Assembly: GCA_035221665.1 (NCBI GenBank)
Contig: CM069162.1
Coordinates: 15,624,001-15,688,000, forward strand
Length of the DNA stretch: 64,000 bases
Direction of reading: 5' to 3'
Source of the DNA: Okamejei kenojei
Lineage: Eukaryota
Shown: positions 37,397 to 50,200 of the stretch, one piece after another
Layout: each line of letters starts with the position of its first letter
Numbering within the stretch: position 1 is the stretch's first letter
Notes under the pieces: model-generated
Told to the model about the DNA's origin: nothing
What the model saw: the letters and a program-made list of their open reading frames with translations, nothing else
The model's database searches: none
Translations under genes and position numbers: made by a program

Positions 37397-37455
37397 CTGT
37401 GCTCCTGGGTATTCCGGAAATCCAAGAATTCCAGGACAGAGGTGTCTTCTCGTAG
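37397..37455 (+). CDS. HSPG2: Perlecan exon, end of domain III (CAPGYSGNPRIPGQRCLLV)
   Basis: tttgttttag acceptor, gtaggt donor, 59 nt, phase 2 to 1. Confidence 0.94.
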
Positions 37456-37994
37456 GTAGGTTCATGGATCCTCAGCTTTGCCTTTCCCGAGTCAACAATA
37501 AGTTCATTGGAGCCAGCTCTGATTTGTTCTGTACCTTCCAAACCTCTTATTTCCCTCCTCTCCTGACTCTCAGCCTGAAGAAGAGTCTCATCCCGAAATG
37601 TCACCTATTCCTTTTCTCCCGAGATGCTGCACGATCCACTGGGTTACTCCAGCGTTTTGTGTCTAACTAGCTCATTGGTCTCACTGACATTGAGAGGAAG
37701 ATTGTTGTTCTGGCTCCATTCAATCAGATTATCAGTCTCTCTCTTGTACTCTAACACATCGTTACGCACTATTCATCCAACAAGTGGTATCGTCGGCAAA
37801 TTTAAAAGGTGATTTTGGTGCCGCATCTGGATATGCAGTCAAGGATAAAGAGAGAGTAGAGGGGGTACTGAGCACACAGTCTTGAAGTGTGCTCCAGTTT
37901 ACAGCTTTTGTCCTCACTGATAATCAGAAGGGCAATTTTTTGTGTCGTGCAAATTTCATTTTCAACATTCCATTCTTTAAGTCCAAATCATTCG

Positions 37995-38280
37995 CATTCA
38001 GAATTAAAAGGCGCTTTTTCAGAAAGGTGGTGAGGAGGAACTTCTTTAGTCAGAGGATAGTTAATCTGTGGAACTCATTGCCACAGAGGGCTGACTGTGG
38101 AGGCCAAGTCAGTGGATATTTTTAAGGCAGAGATGGACAAATTCTTGATTAGAACGGGAGTCAAAGGTTATGGGGAGAAGGCTGGAAAATGGGATTAGGA
38201 GGCAGAGATCAGACATGATTGAATGTCAGAGTGGACTCGATGGGCCGAATGGCCTAATTCAGATCCTATAACTTGTGAAC
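37995..38280 (+). mobile_element. CR1-type LINE 3' end
   Basis: RIKRRFFRKVVRRNFFSQRIVNLWNSLPQR and 3' UTR ending cctataacttgtgaac. Confidence 0.88.
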
Positions 38281-38283
38281 ATA

Positions 38284-38620
38284 CAGTAAGCCGTCGCTAT
38301 AGCAGACCACAGAGGGGTGGGGCTGTTGTCCGTTATTGCTGATTGTCCGTTATAAAGGGGGGGTGGGCAAAGTTTAATCACAGGCCAGGGAGCCACAGAG
38401 CCCCCGGACCCGACAAGCGGTGCACCAGGGACGGATCTGGTACTCACGCCGACTTCATGCTGTGCACACTCTCAACTCCCATGACCGGGCGCACGCCACA
38501 TGACGCCAGATCACTGGATAACCTGGCGGGGGTGGTAGGGGATGTGGTACAACAGTCTCGGTCTGCTATAACCAAAATCCCCTATATAGAGGTCCGTTAG
38601 TGCATGGGTTTTATCAATGC
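38284..38620. mobile_element. Probable Tigger/pogo-like (Tc1-mariner) MITE remnant
   Basis: TA followed by CAGTAAGCCGTCGCTATAGCAGACC, internal gtccgtta repeats, partial complement ggtctgctata near 38560; right terminus decayed. Confidence 0.45.
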
Positions 38621-39148
38621 AGGCAAGGGGCTATGTACCTAGTATAGTGGAAGTCCACAGTTAAAAAACGTTGTGTTACAAACACGCCCATCTCTTGGAT
38701 CCCATGGGCTTTTCTCAACCAACCCACCATCTGCGACCTAACTAGCCTGTAATTACAACATTTCTCCCTTACTTCCTTTCCAGACAACTGAGCAATTTCA
38801 GCGGGTCACCAAATCTCCAGCACCATTCCTGTAATCGGGGGACATTGACGTTTGAGAAATTGTAAAATTGAAATATTGAAAGTTTTATGTCATTTGAACA
38901 ATAACTTTTAGCCAAATAATAAGAGAGCTGAATGCTGTCAAAAATAGATCAAGGCTAGACGGAAAGTCCTGTAACTGATGCAAGTCAATAGGTTAAAAAT
39001 AGGTGATGGAAATGTATTGAGCGCACACATAACGGATTTCACAATGGCCAGAAATAACTATCCTTTGTTCTATACTATACTTGCAAAAATAAATATCCTG
39101 TAAATTATAAAAGTACAGTACATGAATATAATTTGCTTTTTCCTTTAG

Positions 39149-39313
39149 ATCGCAATCCTTTTGTGGTCCGTGTTATCCCTGAGAGAGCAGAAGTGGAACA
39201 AGGTGGCAGAGTGATACTGAAATGCCAGGTTTTTGGTCAAGCTCCTTTCTACTACTACTGGAGCAGAGCTGATGGTCAGCCCTTGTCCAGCCGCGTTCAG
39301 CAAAGGGCCCAAG
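39149..39313 (+). CDS. HSPG2: Perlecan exon, domain IV Ig1 first half (DRNPFVVRVIPERAEVEQGGRVILKCQVFGQAPFYYYWSRADGQPLSSRVQQRAQ)
   Basis: tttttcctttag acceptor, gtaatg donor, 165 nt, phase 1-1; Ig C and W landmarks. Confidence 0.96.
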
Positions 39314-39909
39314 GTAATGCTGCATTGGCCATGTCTACAATGGTTTCCTCCATCTTCTGTAATACTTGCGACTGGGGCAACTAAGAAAGGCATTTGATAT
39401 TTGCCCACCAATGTTGATGGGCAAATCCCACTGATGGGCAAAGTGGAACTGGTTTGCCCGGTGAAAACAAGGAACCAGCGAGAAACACTGAGATGTAGAA
39501 ACAAGAAACTGCAGACGCTGGTTTACAAAAGAAGACACAAAGTGATGGCTATCCATGTCCTCCAGAGATGCTGCCTGACCCGCTGAGTTACACCAGCATT
39601 TTGTGTCTTCTAGTGAGAAACCGATCCGGGTCCTTAACATGGAAGTTTGTAAGGTGCCCGACAAACATTCCAGCTTTAGGAGAGGGGTTTTTGTGTCGGA
39701 CAGTGATGAAGCATGCCATTGGAATAGTTTCTATAAACGTCCGAGGAAATCCACTTTAGAGTCATGCAGGCAGCACCTCCCAACTCCACACCAACCTTCC
39801 GATGCCTATTTGCCCTATGTTAATGCTTTACCATTGTAGACTGAGGGTGGGTCGTGTATCGTGTACCTAATGCTTGTTCTACTTTATACTGAAATATTTA
39901 GCAGTGTGA

Positions 39910-40200
39910 GAGTTTATTTTATAGATACAGTGTGGAAACAGGCCCTTACTCCCACTGAGTCCACACAGACCACACAGACCAGACCAGTACACCTTTCAAA
40001 CCTACACACAAGGGACAATTTACAGACGCCAACTAACCTACAAACCTGCCCATCTTTGAGCTATGGGAGGAAACCAGAGCACCCAGAGAAAATCCACGTC
40101 ATCACAGGGAGAATTTACAAACTCCGTAGAGACAGCAACATAGTCAAAGATCGAATGTGGGTCTCTGGCCCGCTGTAAGGCAACTCTGCCACTGCGCCGC
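39910..40200 (-). mobile_element. tRNA-derived SINE (HE1-like), antisense
   Basis: Starts with reverse-complement tail agtttattttatagatacagtgtggaaacaggccc, ends gctgtaaggcaactctgccactgcgccgc. Confidence 0.83.
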
Positions 40201-40397
40201 TCCTTAGGGCCCCTGAAAACTGAAGAAGGGTTCCGACCCAGAAACGTCACCTGTCCAATCCAATGAAAGAGGTTTTAATACTTCCATCACAATGGGTGAA
40301 TGTCGGATAAATCAGTTAAAATGGTGTGAAAAGTGCTGGAGGAACTCGGCAGGCAGGCAACATGGAGAGAATGGAAAGACAAGATTTCAGGTGTTTA

Positions 40398-40692
40398 GAG
40401 ACAGACTGTGGAAACAAGCCCTTCAGCCAACTGAGTCCAAGCTGACCATCAATCACCCATCAACTCTAGTTCTATGTTATCCCACTGCCTACATATTGGG
40501 GACAAATTTACAGAGGGTCAATTAAACTACAAACCCACATATCTTTGGGACATGGGAGAAAACATGGGAGTTCCCGGAGAAAACCCATGCAGTCACAGGG
40601 AGAGTATGCAATCTCCACACAGACAGCACCCAAGGTCGGGTTTCTGGTATGGTGAGGCGGTGGCTCTGCCAGCTGCACCACTGTACTGCCCC
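40398..40692 (-). mobile_element. tRNA-derived SINE (HE1-like), antisense
   Basis: ggaaacaagcccttcagcc...gcagtcacagggagagtatgcaatctccacacagacagcaccc. Confidence 0.78.
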
Positions 40693-40852
40693 TAGGCGAC
40701 CCTGAAACCTGAATTGCGGACCTTTGTCTTTGTTATAGGGACTTGACCATTGAAAGCTGATTGTATTTTTGCTAGCAAGAAAGAGCTTGTATTTCCAACA
40801 TTGTAAGTGAAATAAATGCCTCATCACCTTCCACTGCATCCTTCCCTTGCAG

Positions 40853-40963
40853 GTGAAGAGCTTTTGATCCAGGAAGTCAAACCATCCGATGCTGGAATTT
40901 ATATATGTACTTGCCGAAATATGGAGAGCTCCAATTCAAGTCGGGTTGAAGTCTTTGTGACTG
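40853..40963 (+). CDS. HSPG2: Perlecan exon, Ig1 second half (GEELLIQEVKPSDAGIYICTCRNMESSNSSRVEVFVT)
   Basis: cttcccttgcag acceptor, gtgagt donor, 111 nt; DAGxYxC motif. Confidence 0.97.
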
Positions 40964-41997
40964 GTGAGTTGGGGACAATAATTCACATCTCACAGCTCAC
41001 TTTCATTGTTTCTGGGACAATGCAGACTCTTGTGTTTTATCATATCCTGGTGCACTTTCCTAGCTCGGAAATGTTAAGCATATTATATACAGCTGTACTA
41101 CTTCCAAGCTTTCATCATTATGTAGAACTTACTGTTAGTTTACTTTTTCTAATGTTAACAAATCCCAGTCCAATGACCAAAAGTGACATTTTATTGTAAA
41201 TTTACTTAACTATGAGAGTACTTTTCACTCTGTTTAACCATAAATCTTCAGTAACCATTGCATTATTGCATTGAGATATAGTGTATAACAGAGACTGAGG
41301 TGTGATGGTTTGTTTTCTAAATAGTAGTGAATATATTCCAAACAAACTGCGTGCTGTCGAATGTGGACAGATATTCGCCCTTGGAGTTCCTCAGGAGGGA
41401 ATACTTCAAACAGCTCTGTACATTCTTTTGTTACGTCAAAACGATAGCTCACCTACATCTGTGGAGTGTTTGCAGTGCATTCAGTCAAAGCTGAAAGTTC
41501 ATTCTACCCCTTTTAAACCAAATGCCATTCATTTAAATTGGTTGTTAATTCAGATTTGATGGGAACTGTTCACCCCCTTCTTTGATTTAAGTTGATTTAT
41601 TTGAGAAATGGATAACTGAAATGTTCACGAGTAAAGAGCAAATCAGAAGTATATAAGTTTAGCTGCAGAATTTAAAATGTAGGATACTCTAGAATCTGCA
41701 AAGCCGGCAGATTTTTCAATTAAAATCACCACCTTCGGGTTACAAGATTTCCCTCCACATATATTACCGGGATTGGTCTGTTGTTGCTTTATGATTTTCT
41801 CCTTTCTCAAATGTAAGGCTTTCCTTAATTTATACAGCCACAGAATAGATGCACCTTGATTTTGGGGTGGAGGAGGGGGGGGGGGAGGGAGGTTGTGTCT
41901 AAAATCGGGCTTTTCGATGTATATATTCAATATATATATGTATTCTTGATAATAAGTTGCTAACTCAGACGATTGCATTGACCTATTCTCTCCACAG

Positions 41998-42098
41998 CAA
42001 CCTCATTCAAAGCCATAACTGTGACTGTAGAAGAGCCAAAGACACAGACTGTAAGAGCTGGCATCACTGTCAATTTTATCTGCACAGCAAAGAGTCAG
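41998..42098 (+). CDS. HSPG2: Perlecan exon, Ig2 first part (ATSFKAITVTVEEPKTQTVRAGITVNFICTAKSQ)
   Basis: ttctctccacag acceptor, gtaaac donor, 101 nt, phase 1 to 0; resembles human ITVTVEEQRSQSVRPGADVTFICTAKSK. Confidence 0.95.
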
Positions 42099-42201
42099 GT
42101 AAACAACAGATTCATCATATTCAGGAGTCAGCCGTTCCTTTCAGTATGATAACTTTGTGCTTAAACAAAGCCCAATTGCAGAATGCACACTGAGAGCCAA
42201 A

Positions 42202-42705
42202 AGGGCCTGTCCCACTTGGGAGACCTAATCCGCGAGTTCTGGTGAGTTTGCCCTCGACTCATACTCGCAGCATGGTCGACACGAGGTCGTAGGAGGTCTT
42301 CGTAACTCTCCTTCATGCTTCAGAGTGGTCTCCGTGTACTCGAGGCCTCAGCTAGGCCGCGGCGTTTTTTAGGTTAATAAATGCCCGCGAGTAAATAAGG
42401 GTCACCATGGAAAAAATCGATACTTTTTGTGCTCATAGGTTTAGTCGTAGTAGGTCGGCATGTTAGTAGGTAATCGAAGGGTAGTCGTAGATAGTCTTCA
42501 TCATAGTCGAAGGAGATCGAAGGAGGTCGTCTTCACTCTCCACTATTCGGTGTCCAATTTTCCCGAAGTTAGTCGTAGCTAGTTGAAGCTAGTCTTCAAC
42601 ATAGTCGAAGGAGGACTTCTACATAGTCGAAGGAGGTCTTCAACGTGTCATTTTTTCAAACTCTCCTAAACTCGCCAATTAGGTCGCCCAAGTGGGACAG
42701 CCCCT
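42202..42705. mobile_element. Non-autonomous DNA transposon (PIF/Harbinger-like MITE)
   Basis: About 28-bp TIRs AGGGCCTGTCCCACTTGGGAGACCTAAT / ATTAGGTCGCCCAAGTGGGACAGCCCCT; internal tagtcg repeats; right flank TTA, left flank AAA (imperfect TSD). Confidence 0.78.
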
Positions 42706-42829
42706 TTAGGCAGCTTTCATTCATGTTGGGTTACCTGAACACAGTACCGCAAAGATTTTTAGTCCTATCAGCAGTTCTAAATTATGATGTGTTCAATGTA
42801 CAGGATCACTATCATATGTTCATGTAAGT

Positions 42830-43100
42830 GATGCTGTGGTAGAGTTGCTGCCTTACAGCGCCAGAGACCCAGGTTCGATTCTGCCTATGGGCGATGTCTG
42901 TTTGAAGTTTATAAGCTCTCCCTGTTACCACCACATGTGTTTTCTTCGAATGCTCTGGTTTCCTCCCACATTCCAAGGACGTGCGGGTTTGTAGGTTAAT
43001 TGGCTTCTGTATAGTGTGTAGGATAGAAATAATGTTCAGGTAATCACTGGTCGGCAGGTTCAGTGGGTCAAAGGGCCTTTTTCCATGCTGTATCTCTAAG
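42830..43100 (+). mobile_element. tRNA-derived SINE (HE1-like)
   Basis: ggtagagttgctgccttacagcgccagagacccaggttcgat head and LINE-like tail. Confidence 0.82.
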
Positions 43101-43695
43101 GTAACCAAAATCTAATGGTTAATTGCATGTGTAACCCGTCTGTAACTGTAACTCTTGATGTGTTCAGGGGAGAGGTAGATATAGCTCTTGGGGCTAACAG
43201 AATCAAGGCATATGGGGGGAAAGGCAGGAACAAGGTACTGATTCTGGATGATCAGCCATGATCATATTGAATGGTGGTGCTGGCTCGAAGGGCTGAAAGG
43301 CCTCACAATATAGCAGCAAGCAAAAGGGCAGCGCATAACGCCATGCAATAAGATGCAATGATTGGTAAATCTCATGGAAACATAGAAAGGTGCAGGAGTA
43401 GGCCTTTCCCCTGTTATTCCCCTGCTCCTGTGCGTCACTAACCGAGTTAAAATATTGGCGCAGTAAGGCAGCAACTCTATCGCTGCGCCATTGTCACCCA
43501 AGGCTACTTGGGATGCAAGAGCTCTGCCCACTGGGCCATAATAGAGCTGAAATTGCAAGTTTTCCTAATGAGTTAAGTGCTCAATTTGCTGAGCATTTTT
43601 GTAAAAGAAGATGTTGATTTTCCTCCAGTATTTGGTTAGCAGTTGCTCATTTCCGGAAGACTCGCCCTCATGTTTGGTGCGCTCTCCTTCTCTAG

Positions 43696-43876
43696 TCCCC
43701 AGCGTACACATTGGTGTGGACCCGTCAACATGGCAGCAAATTGCCAAACACCGCAATGGACTTCAATGGAATCTTGACCATCCGTAACGTTCGCCCCGAG
43801 GATGCCGGCATCTACGTCTGCACAGGCTCCAACATGTTCGCCATGGACGAGGGGACCGCTGTGCTAAACGTACCAG
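43696..43876 (+). CDS. HSPG2: Perlecan exon, Ig2 second part (SPAYTLVWTRQHGSKLPNTAMDFNGILTIRNVRPEDAGIYVCTGSNMFAMDEGTAVLNVP)
   Basis: ctccttctctag acceptor, gtttgt donor, 181 nt; SPAYTLVWTR and AMDFNGILTIRNV match human perlecan. Confidence 0.98.
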
Positions 43877-44038
43877 GTTTGTGATCTGCACCATCATGTA
43901 CTCATCATCCTCTCCTTCAATGGTGCATGGCATTCCACCACCTTCCCCTGCACACCATTCCCTCCCTTAGACCTCCCTTAGTTTGCATTAATTCCCTGAA
44001 CGCAATCTGGCCTTAATCCATCAAATTAAATCTCGGTA

Positions 44039-45068
44039 CTTATATTGTTTGAATTCAATTTTAGTTAAATAAAACAAATTTATTTGGAAAATGTAATTAA
44101 CTGGCTTTGTTCATCTACATACAATTAAGATTTTGTTACTGTTGTGCAAAGCTGTTCCTTTCAACAGCTTCCGATCACAGTGGTGTGTGATGGATGCAAA
44201 TTCATATTCATAGCTTCTTCCCAATCTTCTTTATTAATATAATATTCTTAATTAATATAATTTATCGTTGCCATTCTCTCAAAATGGACGATGGCCATTT
44301 AGCCCAACAAATCTATGCCAAATCACGGAGCAGTCCCATTAATTCTCTTTCCCTATTTACTTTTTTCTATTTCTAATTCTGATCAATTTTCTCCCTTCAT
44401 TCTCCTGCAGCCCACTCACACTAGGGAATAATTTACAGTAGCTAATTAATTTTGGGATGTGAGTGGGGATGGAACACCCACAGGGTGGCACGGTGGTGAA
44501 GCAGGAGAGCTACTGCCTTTCAGCGACAGAGACCCAGCTTCGATCTTGACTAGATTTGGTGCTTGTTTGTACATTCTCCCAATGACCTGCGTGGGTTTTC
44601 TCTGAGATCTTCGGTTACCTCCCCCTCTCCAAAGACGTACAGGTTTGTAGGTTAATTGGCTTGGTGTAATTATAAAATTGTTCCCAGTGTGTGTAAGATG
44701 GTGTTCGTGTGCAGGGATCACTGGTCGGTACAGACACAGTGGGCCGAAGGGCCTGTTTCCGCGCTGTACCTCTAAACTAAACTAAACAGAGAAAATCCAC
44801 TCAGTCGCAGAGAGAATGTGGCATTTCCACATAGATCATACTGAGGTCATGATCGAACCTGGTCTGCAGAAGCTGAGGTAGCTTATATTGTTTGAATTCA
44901 ATTTTAGTTAAATAAATGAAATTTATTTGGAAAATGTAATTAACTGGCTTTGTTCATCTGCATACAATTAAGATTTTGTTACTGTTGTGCAAAGCTGTTC
45001 ATTTCAACAGCTTCCGATCACAGTGGTGTATGATGGATGCAAATTCATATTCATAGCTTCTTCCCAAT
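44039..45068. repeat. 187-bp direct repeat pair (44039-44225, 44882-45068) enclosing an antisense SINE with a sense SINE nested in it (44484-44786)
   Basis: Copies differ at about 5 positions by eye; nested SINE ends in (taaac)n. Confidence 0.9.
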
Positions 45069-45407
45069 ACTATCCAACTTCCCCCACTTGCTTGTATCCG
45101 TTACTGGAGTTGGCTTGCAGAATTGCTTTTTGTCTTCCAATTGTATCAGGTTAATTCTGAAACTATATTGGACAAAAAGGTCTCCCATTGAGTTTTCAGA
45201 GATCAGAGGTGCTTCTTTTAGACTTTCCAGTTTGGTGCTATGAAATTATGTGTAAAGTTGTAGATATTTTCTTTTGATTTTATGTATCTAAGACAACCAC
45301 TGTAATATTTTCACTTTTATTTATCTGTCAGTTCTGACACTGAGGAGCTTGTTTAGTTAAACACTGTGAACTTTATCCATTTAAAAAAAACTATTGGATC
45401 TCATTAC

Positions 45408-45920
45408 ATAGAAACATAAAAAACAGGTGCAGGAGGAGGCCATTTGGCTCTTCGAGCCTGCATCGCCATTCATTGTGATCATGGCTGATCATCCACAATC
45501 AGTAACCCGTGCCTGCTTTCTTCCGATATCCCTTGATTACGCTAGCTCTTAGAGCTCTATCTGACTTGAATTGGCCTCTACTGCCTTCTGTGGCAGAGAA
45601 TTCCGCAAATTCACAAATCTCTGGGTGTAAACGTTTTTTCTCATCTCCGTTTGATGGCCTCCCCTTTATTCTTAGACTGTGGCCCCTGGTTCTGGACTCT
45701 CCCATCATTGGGAACATTTTTTCTGAATCTAGCTTGTCTAATAATAATTTTATAACGTTGTATACATTTCTGTACAATCCCCTCTCATCCTTCTAAATTC
45801 TAGTGAATGAAAGCCCAGTCTTTCCACTCTTTCCCCAAATGACAGTCCCGCCATCCAGGGGATTAACCTCGTGAACCGACAATGCACTGCCTATAGCAAG
45901 GATGTCCTTCCTCAAATTAC
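45408..45920 (-). mobile_element. CR1-type LINE 3' fragment (third subfamily, tail (ttctatgt)n)
   Basis: Minus ORF LDSEKMFPMMGESRTRGHSLRIKGRP. Confidence 0.87.
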
Positions 45921-46966
45921 TGCTATTGAATAGTGCGCAACCAAATTTGGATATCTGTATTAATTTTAAACTCTTCCCTCCAAAATGAGACGCAAAGTTT
46001 ACGTAGCCCCGTGAATTAATTGCCTTTACCTGTGTTAAAGATCACACACATCCGATTAGTTAGTGTAGAATGCTGTTATTCCCTACACAAAAAGCAGGCA
46101 CTCGTTAAAATGCTAACTGCATTTAATTCTTAAGGTCAGTCAAATTGGCAGCACTAAATCTATTAACAATTAAAGGATTTTGCTTCCAGCATGTCATACA
46201 AGTGAGAGGTTGTGTACAGAAATGCCAAACGCGAACCTCAACTGCTGTCTTTTAAAGATTGTTTTCTGAAGCATGGTGTATGGGACAGATCTTGTAATGC
46301 TACCGAATATAGTGGCAAGAACTCGAGTCCTTCACCGCTTTACAAACAGCAAGTCACCCTGGCAGGAACGTGATTAAAGCATTTGTCAGCCAATGTTTTT
46401 GTTCATACCCCTGCAAGAAGTTCAAAGCAGTGTTATATAATCTGTGCTATTACTAATTGACTGCTGCATGACCTGGTTATGGCACGGAGCTCCATCTTTC
46501 AGCTTGAATTTCTTGCTGACCAGTGAAATGTTCTTGAAAATGTGGCTGTTACTGGTGCTTAAGTGACACACTGTGAATTGCTAATCTAGAGTTACTTCCC
46601 ACTCTGCTACTGCCATTGTACATGGTGCAGCAATTAAAAATAAAATCATGTAAATCTGTTTAATTGTATTTTGTACAGAAGTAAAGCTTTTGCATATACT
46701 AACATGCATGTGTGTGCCTAGCTTTTTTTTAAATAATCTTAGCGTCTTGAAACTCTACCATTTATTGCATCACTGCTTTTTGCCATTTCTTGCACACATT
46801 AAATCATCTCCTTCAATCATTTTTAACATTGTATGTATCGATGAAAAGATTCCAAAGTTATTCCTTCAGTGCTGTTTCCTTGCCTGAAATTAAACTTGCA
46901 TTTATCATCGGGGTGAGGTACTCTCAATTTTAAGAGAAGGAATCTCAATCATATGTCAAGAAATTT

Positions 46967-47270
46967 GGGGCGGCACAGTGGTAGATCTGCTGCCTTATAG
47001 AACCGGAGACCCGGGTTCGATCCTGACTATGGATGCTGTCTGTCAAGAGTTCATCCGTCTCCCTGTGACCGCGTGGGTTTGCTCAGGTTTCCTCCCACAT
47101 TCCAAAGACGTACAGATTTGTACGTAATTTGGCTCTTGAAAATTGCCCCTGGTGTGTAGGATGCAAAAGTGGGAAAATATAAAACTAGTGTACAGGTGAT
47201 CGATGCTTGTCGTGGACCCGGTGAGCTGGAGTGCCTGTTTCCCTGCTGTATCTCTAAACTGAACTAAATT
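46967..47270 (+). mobile_element. tRNA-derived SINE (HE1-like)
   Basis: ggggcggcacagtggtag head, B box gggttcgatcc, taaac tail. Confidence 0.86.
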
Positions 47271-50200
47271 AACCATTTTTTCGGATGGCTTAGGGACCAG
47301 TCACACGGAACAAGTTGCTAAGCCCAACAAATGGAAGAATTACCCTGACGTTGAAATGAAGGAGAGTTGGAGACCACTTGAGAATTGCCACTCTATTAAT
47401 AATCTAACATCTCAAATTACAGATAATGTGGAGACATACATCGAGACATTCTCCCTGATATCATTTCATAGCCACGTTTCATATTTTACTTCCACTCTAT
47501 ACTTAAGGCTTGGTTTGGTCTTTCTGCTTCTCAGTTATGTTTTGTCAGCACAAAATATATATATATATATTTTAATTTATTTCATCTCAGAATTTGCAAT
47601 ATATCTATTATGTTGTTAAAAATTCCTAAAAGTTTGTAAGAGAGTCCATTTCACGAACAGTACAAAAAAAACGGTCATTTCACTCAACAGTTCCTGCCCC
47701 AAATTGTAATGCAAGGGAAAAATAGATCAGCCACAATTAAATGGTGGAGTTGACTCGATGGGCCTATGTCATGATCTTATGACCACCAGTGCTCAGAGTA
47801 GAACCCCTTGGTTGTTAGGGTAATCATTTACATTTTGTTCTTAACATGCCTGTCCCTTTAATGTCCAAAGTTCCCTGCTGACTAAAACTCTTAGTTAGAA
47901 TTCCCAAGTTAACGTATAAACTTGAAGCAAGGGTCCTCCGGGATCAAAGCAATCTTGTCTCACTCTAAAGTGAAAATAAGACGTCCTAATGAGAGCACTG
48001 ACTTATTCCCGGCCCTACTGCTCAACCACAAGATGAACTGGAGGTCAAAAGACAGTGAAACTTTTTGACAGATCCAGCGTCCTTCTTTGAACTCTGAGTT
48101 TGTTTTATAACAATGTGCAGAGCCCTGCAGGCTTTAAAGGAAAATATCCAATTGGAAATTCCGTATGCAGAGTGCCCATTTACAATCCAAATATAGTGTT
48201 TTCATAATTTTCCCTCCAAGTTCTAGTTACATTTGCATTACCTCATGTTTGGATCTTTATACAGCCAGTTTATATTGTAAGACTTCTGTCAGAATTATAT
48301 TGATTTTTCTCTGGTAGTGCAGTATTTTTTACAAAGTTATATTGAAAAATTCGAGAATTCCAGGAAAATTCGAGAATTCCAGGAAAATTTTAAAAGCCAA
48401 GGATTGGTTTTTAGAGACACCTCACAGGATGGGAATTCCACCGGGGACATTTTAACCAGCAGTCAGGGGTAGGATAAGGCAGAGTCTTGAGTGCCCAACT
48501 GTGTGGGTAGATCTTCACCACATCTTTGACAAATTAATTGGATAAAAACATTTGCGAGATAATGTTTATATTGAAGACATCAACTTCAAAATATCCCATA
48601 TATCCCATATAAAGCCTCAGAAAATAGAATCTGCTCGTACGATCTTGAATGTACATTCCCTTTAAGTTAAAAGCTCTTTTGCTGTCAGCAGGAGCAGCAG
48701 TTTTATGTTTGTGACCTCTGGTTTCTATGTAAGTAATATCGAACAGATTGTGACTTCAGTTCAACCTCGTGGTATTTACTATTCAGAAGGTAGTCAAATA
48801 TGCTGGAGAAACTCAGCGGGTAAGGCAGCATCTATGGAGTGAAGCAATAGGCGACGTTTCGGGTCGAGACCCTTCTTCAGACTAAGACGTATTCAGAAAG
48901 ATTCCATTGGATGCTTAAACCTAAATGTTCCCCCTTCTCCTCCTGCAGAAAATTATTCCATAATGTAGTGCATTTTCTTGAATGCCTTTCTTGTTTTGTA
49001 AGGAAATCTCTTACCCAGGTTCTTCATTGCACACAACATACTCGCGGGGCATATTTTTATGTTTTACTGTGTTACAAGGGAACAATTGGGGGGAAAAACT
49101 GGAGTTAATGCCAAATGAGGGAAACAAATGGAGTTAGTCCCACCTCTTGGGACAATGCTAAAGAGATCGAAAAAGCTGCTTGCAATAATATTAAAAATGA
49201 ACCAGGCATTTCAAAGTGGTACTTTGGCATTGCATACCGACTATAAAAGTAAAGCATCTATTTCTCATCACTTTGTAAGGGAATTGGAGATTGACTGCTT
49301 TTGACTGAAACATTCCACAGTCTATGAAAAGCAAAAGACCTCTGCTGTTAATAAACATAAAATACTGGAAATAATAACCTGAAATCTTTACTCTGTTTCT
49401 CTTTCAACAAAATGATGCCTGACCTGCTGAACACTTTCAGCATTTTCTGATTTTAATTCTACAGCCTATTTACCTTCTGCTGTACTACATTCCCAAGGTT
49501 CCTGTTGCTGTTCTATGATGAGGAGGACATATGAGTGAATACTTTGAGTGGTTACTTTGTTTTTCATGGAAGTGTGATTTGCTTTTTAAATTATTAAATT
49601 TTACTCCTATACTGCTTCATGGTGCTGAACCTGAGAAGTAAGATTCATGTGTTGGGAGAAATTGCAGTTGCTGGTTTATACCGAAGATAGACACAAAATG
49701 CTGGAGTAACTCAGAGGGACAGGCAGCAGCATCTCTGGAGAGAAGGAATGGGCGATGTTTTGGGTCGAGACCCTTCTTCAGATAACTTAATTCAGTAAAA
49801 TTAATTCTTGTAACACTGTGAGAGAGGTATTGTCCTTAGACAGATTCATTTTTACTGTATGAACATACGGGATGTCCACCTCATTTGTCTGAAGATTTGG
49901 TGCTTCACAGTTGGTTTTATGTTCTCAGGATGTCTTTAGCCTTGGCAAGGTTTTTACGATATTAGGGTCTATCTCTTACTATTAAACCAGAATCATTGAA
50001 AGTCTGAAAAATATGAACTGAGACCTGATCTCCTGGCTCTCCCAAATTCTTACAATTCCAACCACAAACACCCCAGTAGCATTGTTGATTGAATTGTCTG
50101 ACCTCTTGGATTCAATATCCAAGCGTGACATTTAATTTTGATCAGAATAGGAAACTGTTTCACTTTGTCCCTTTTGTAATTAACACTATTTGGAAGTAAC

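Noticed and set aside
46112-46140. Branch-like gctaac followed by aag|gtcagt, resembling a recursive splice site
   Set aside because: AAG acceptor with weak pyrimidine tract; no other support
48679-48718. AG...gtaagt bounded segment in the linker intron
   Set aside because: Contains TGA in the required phase-1 frame
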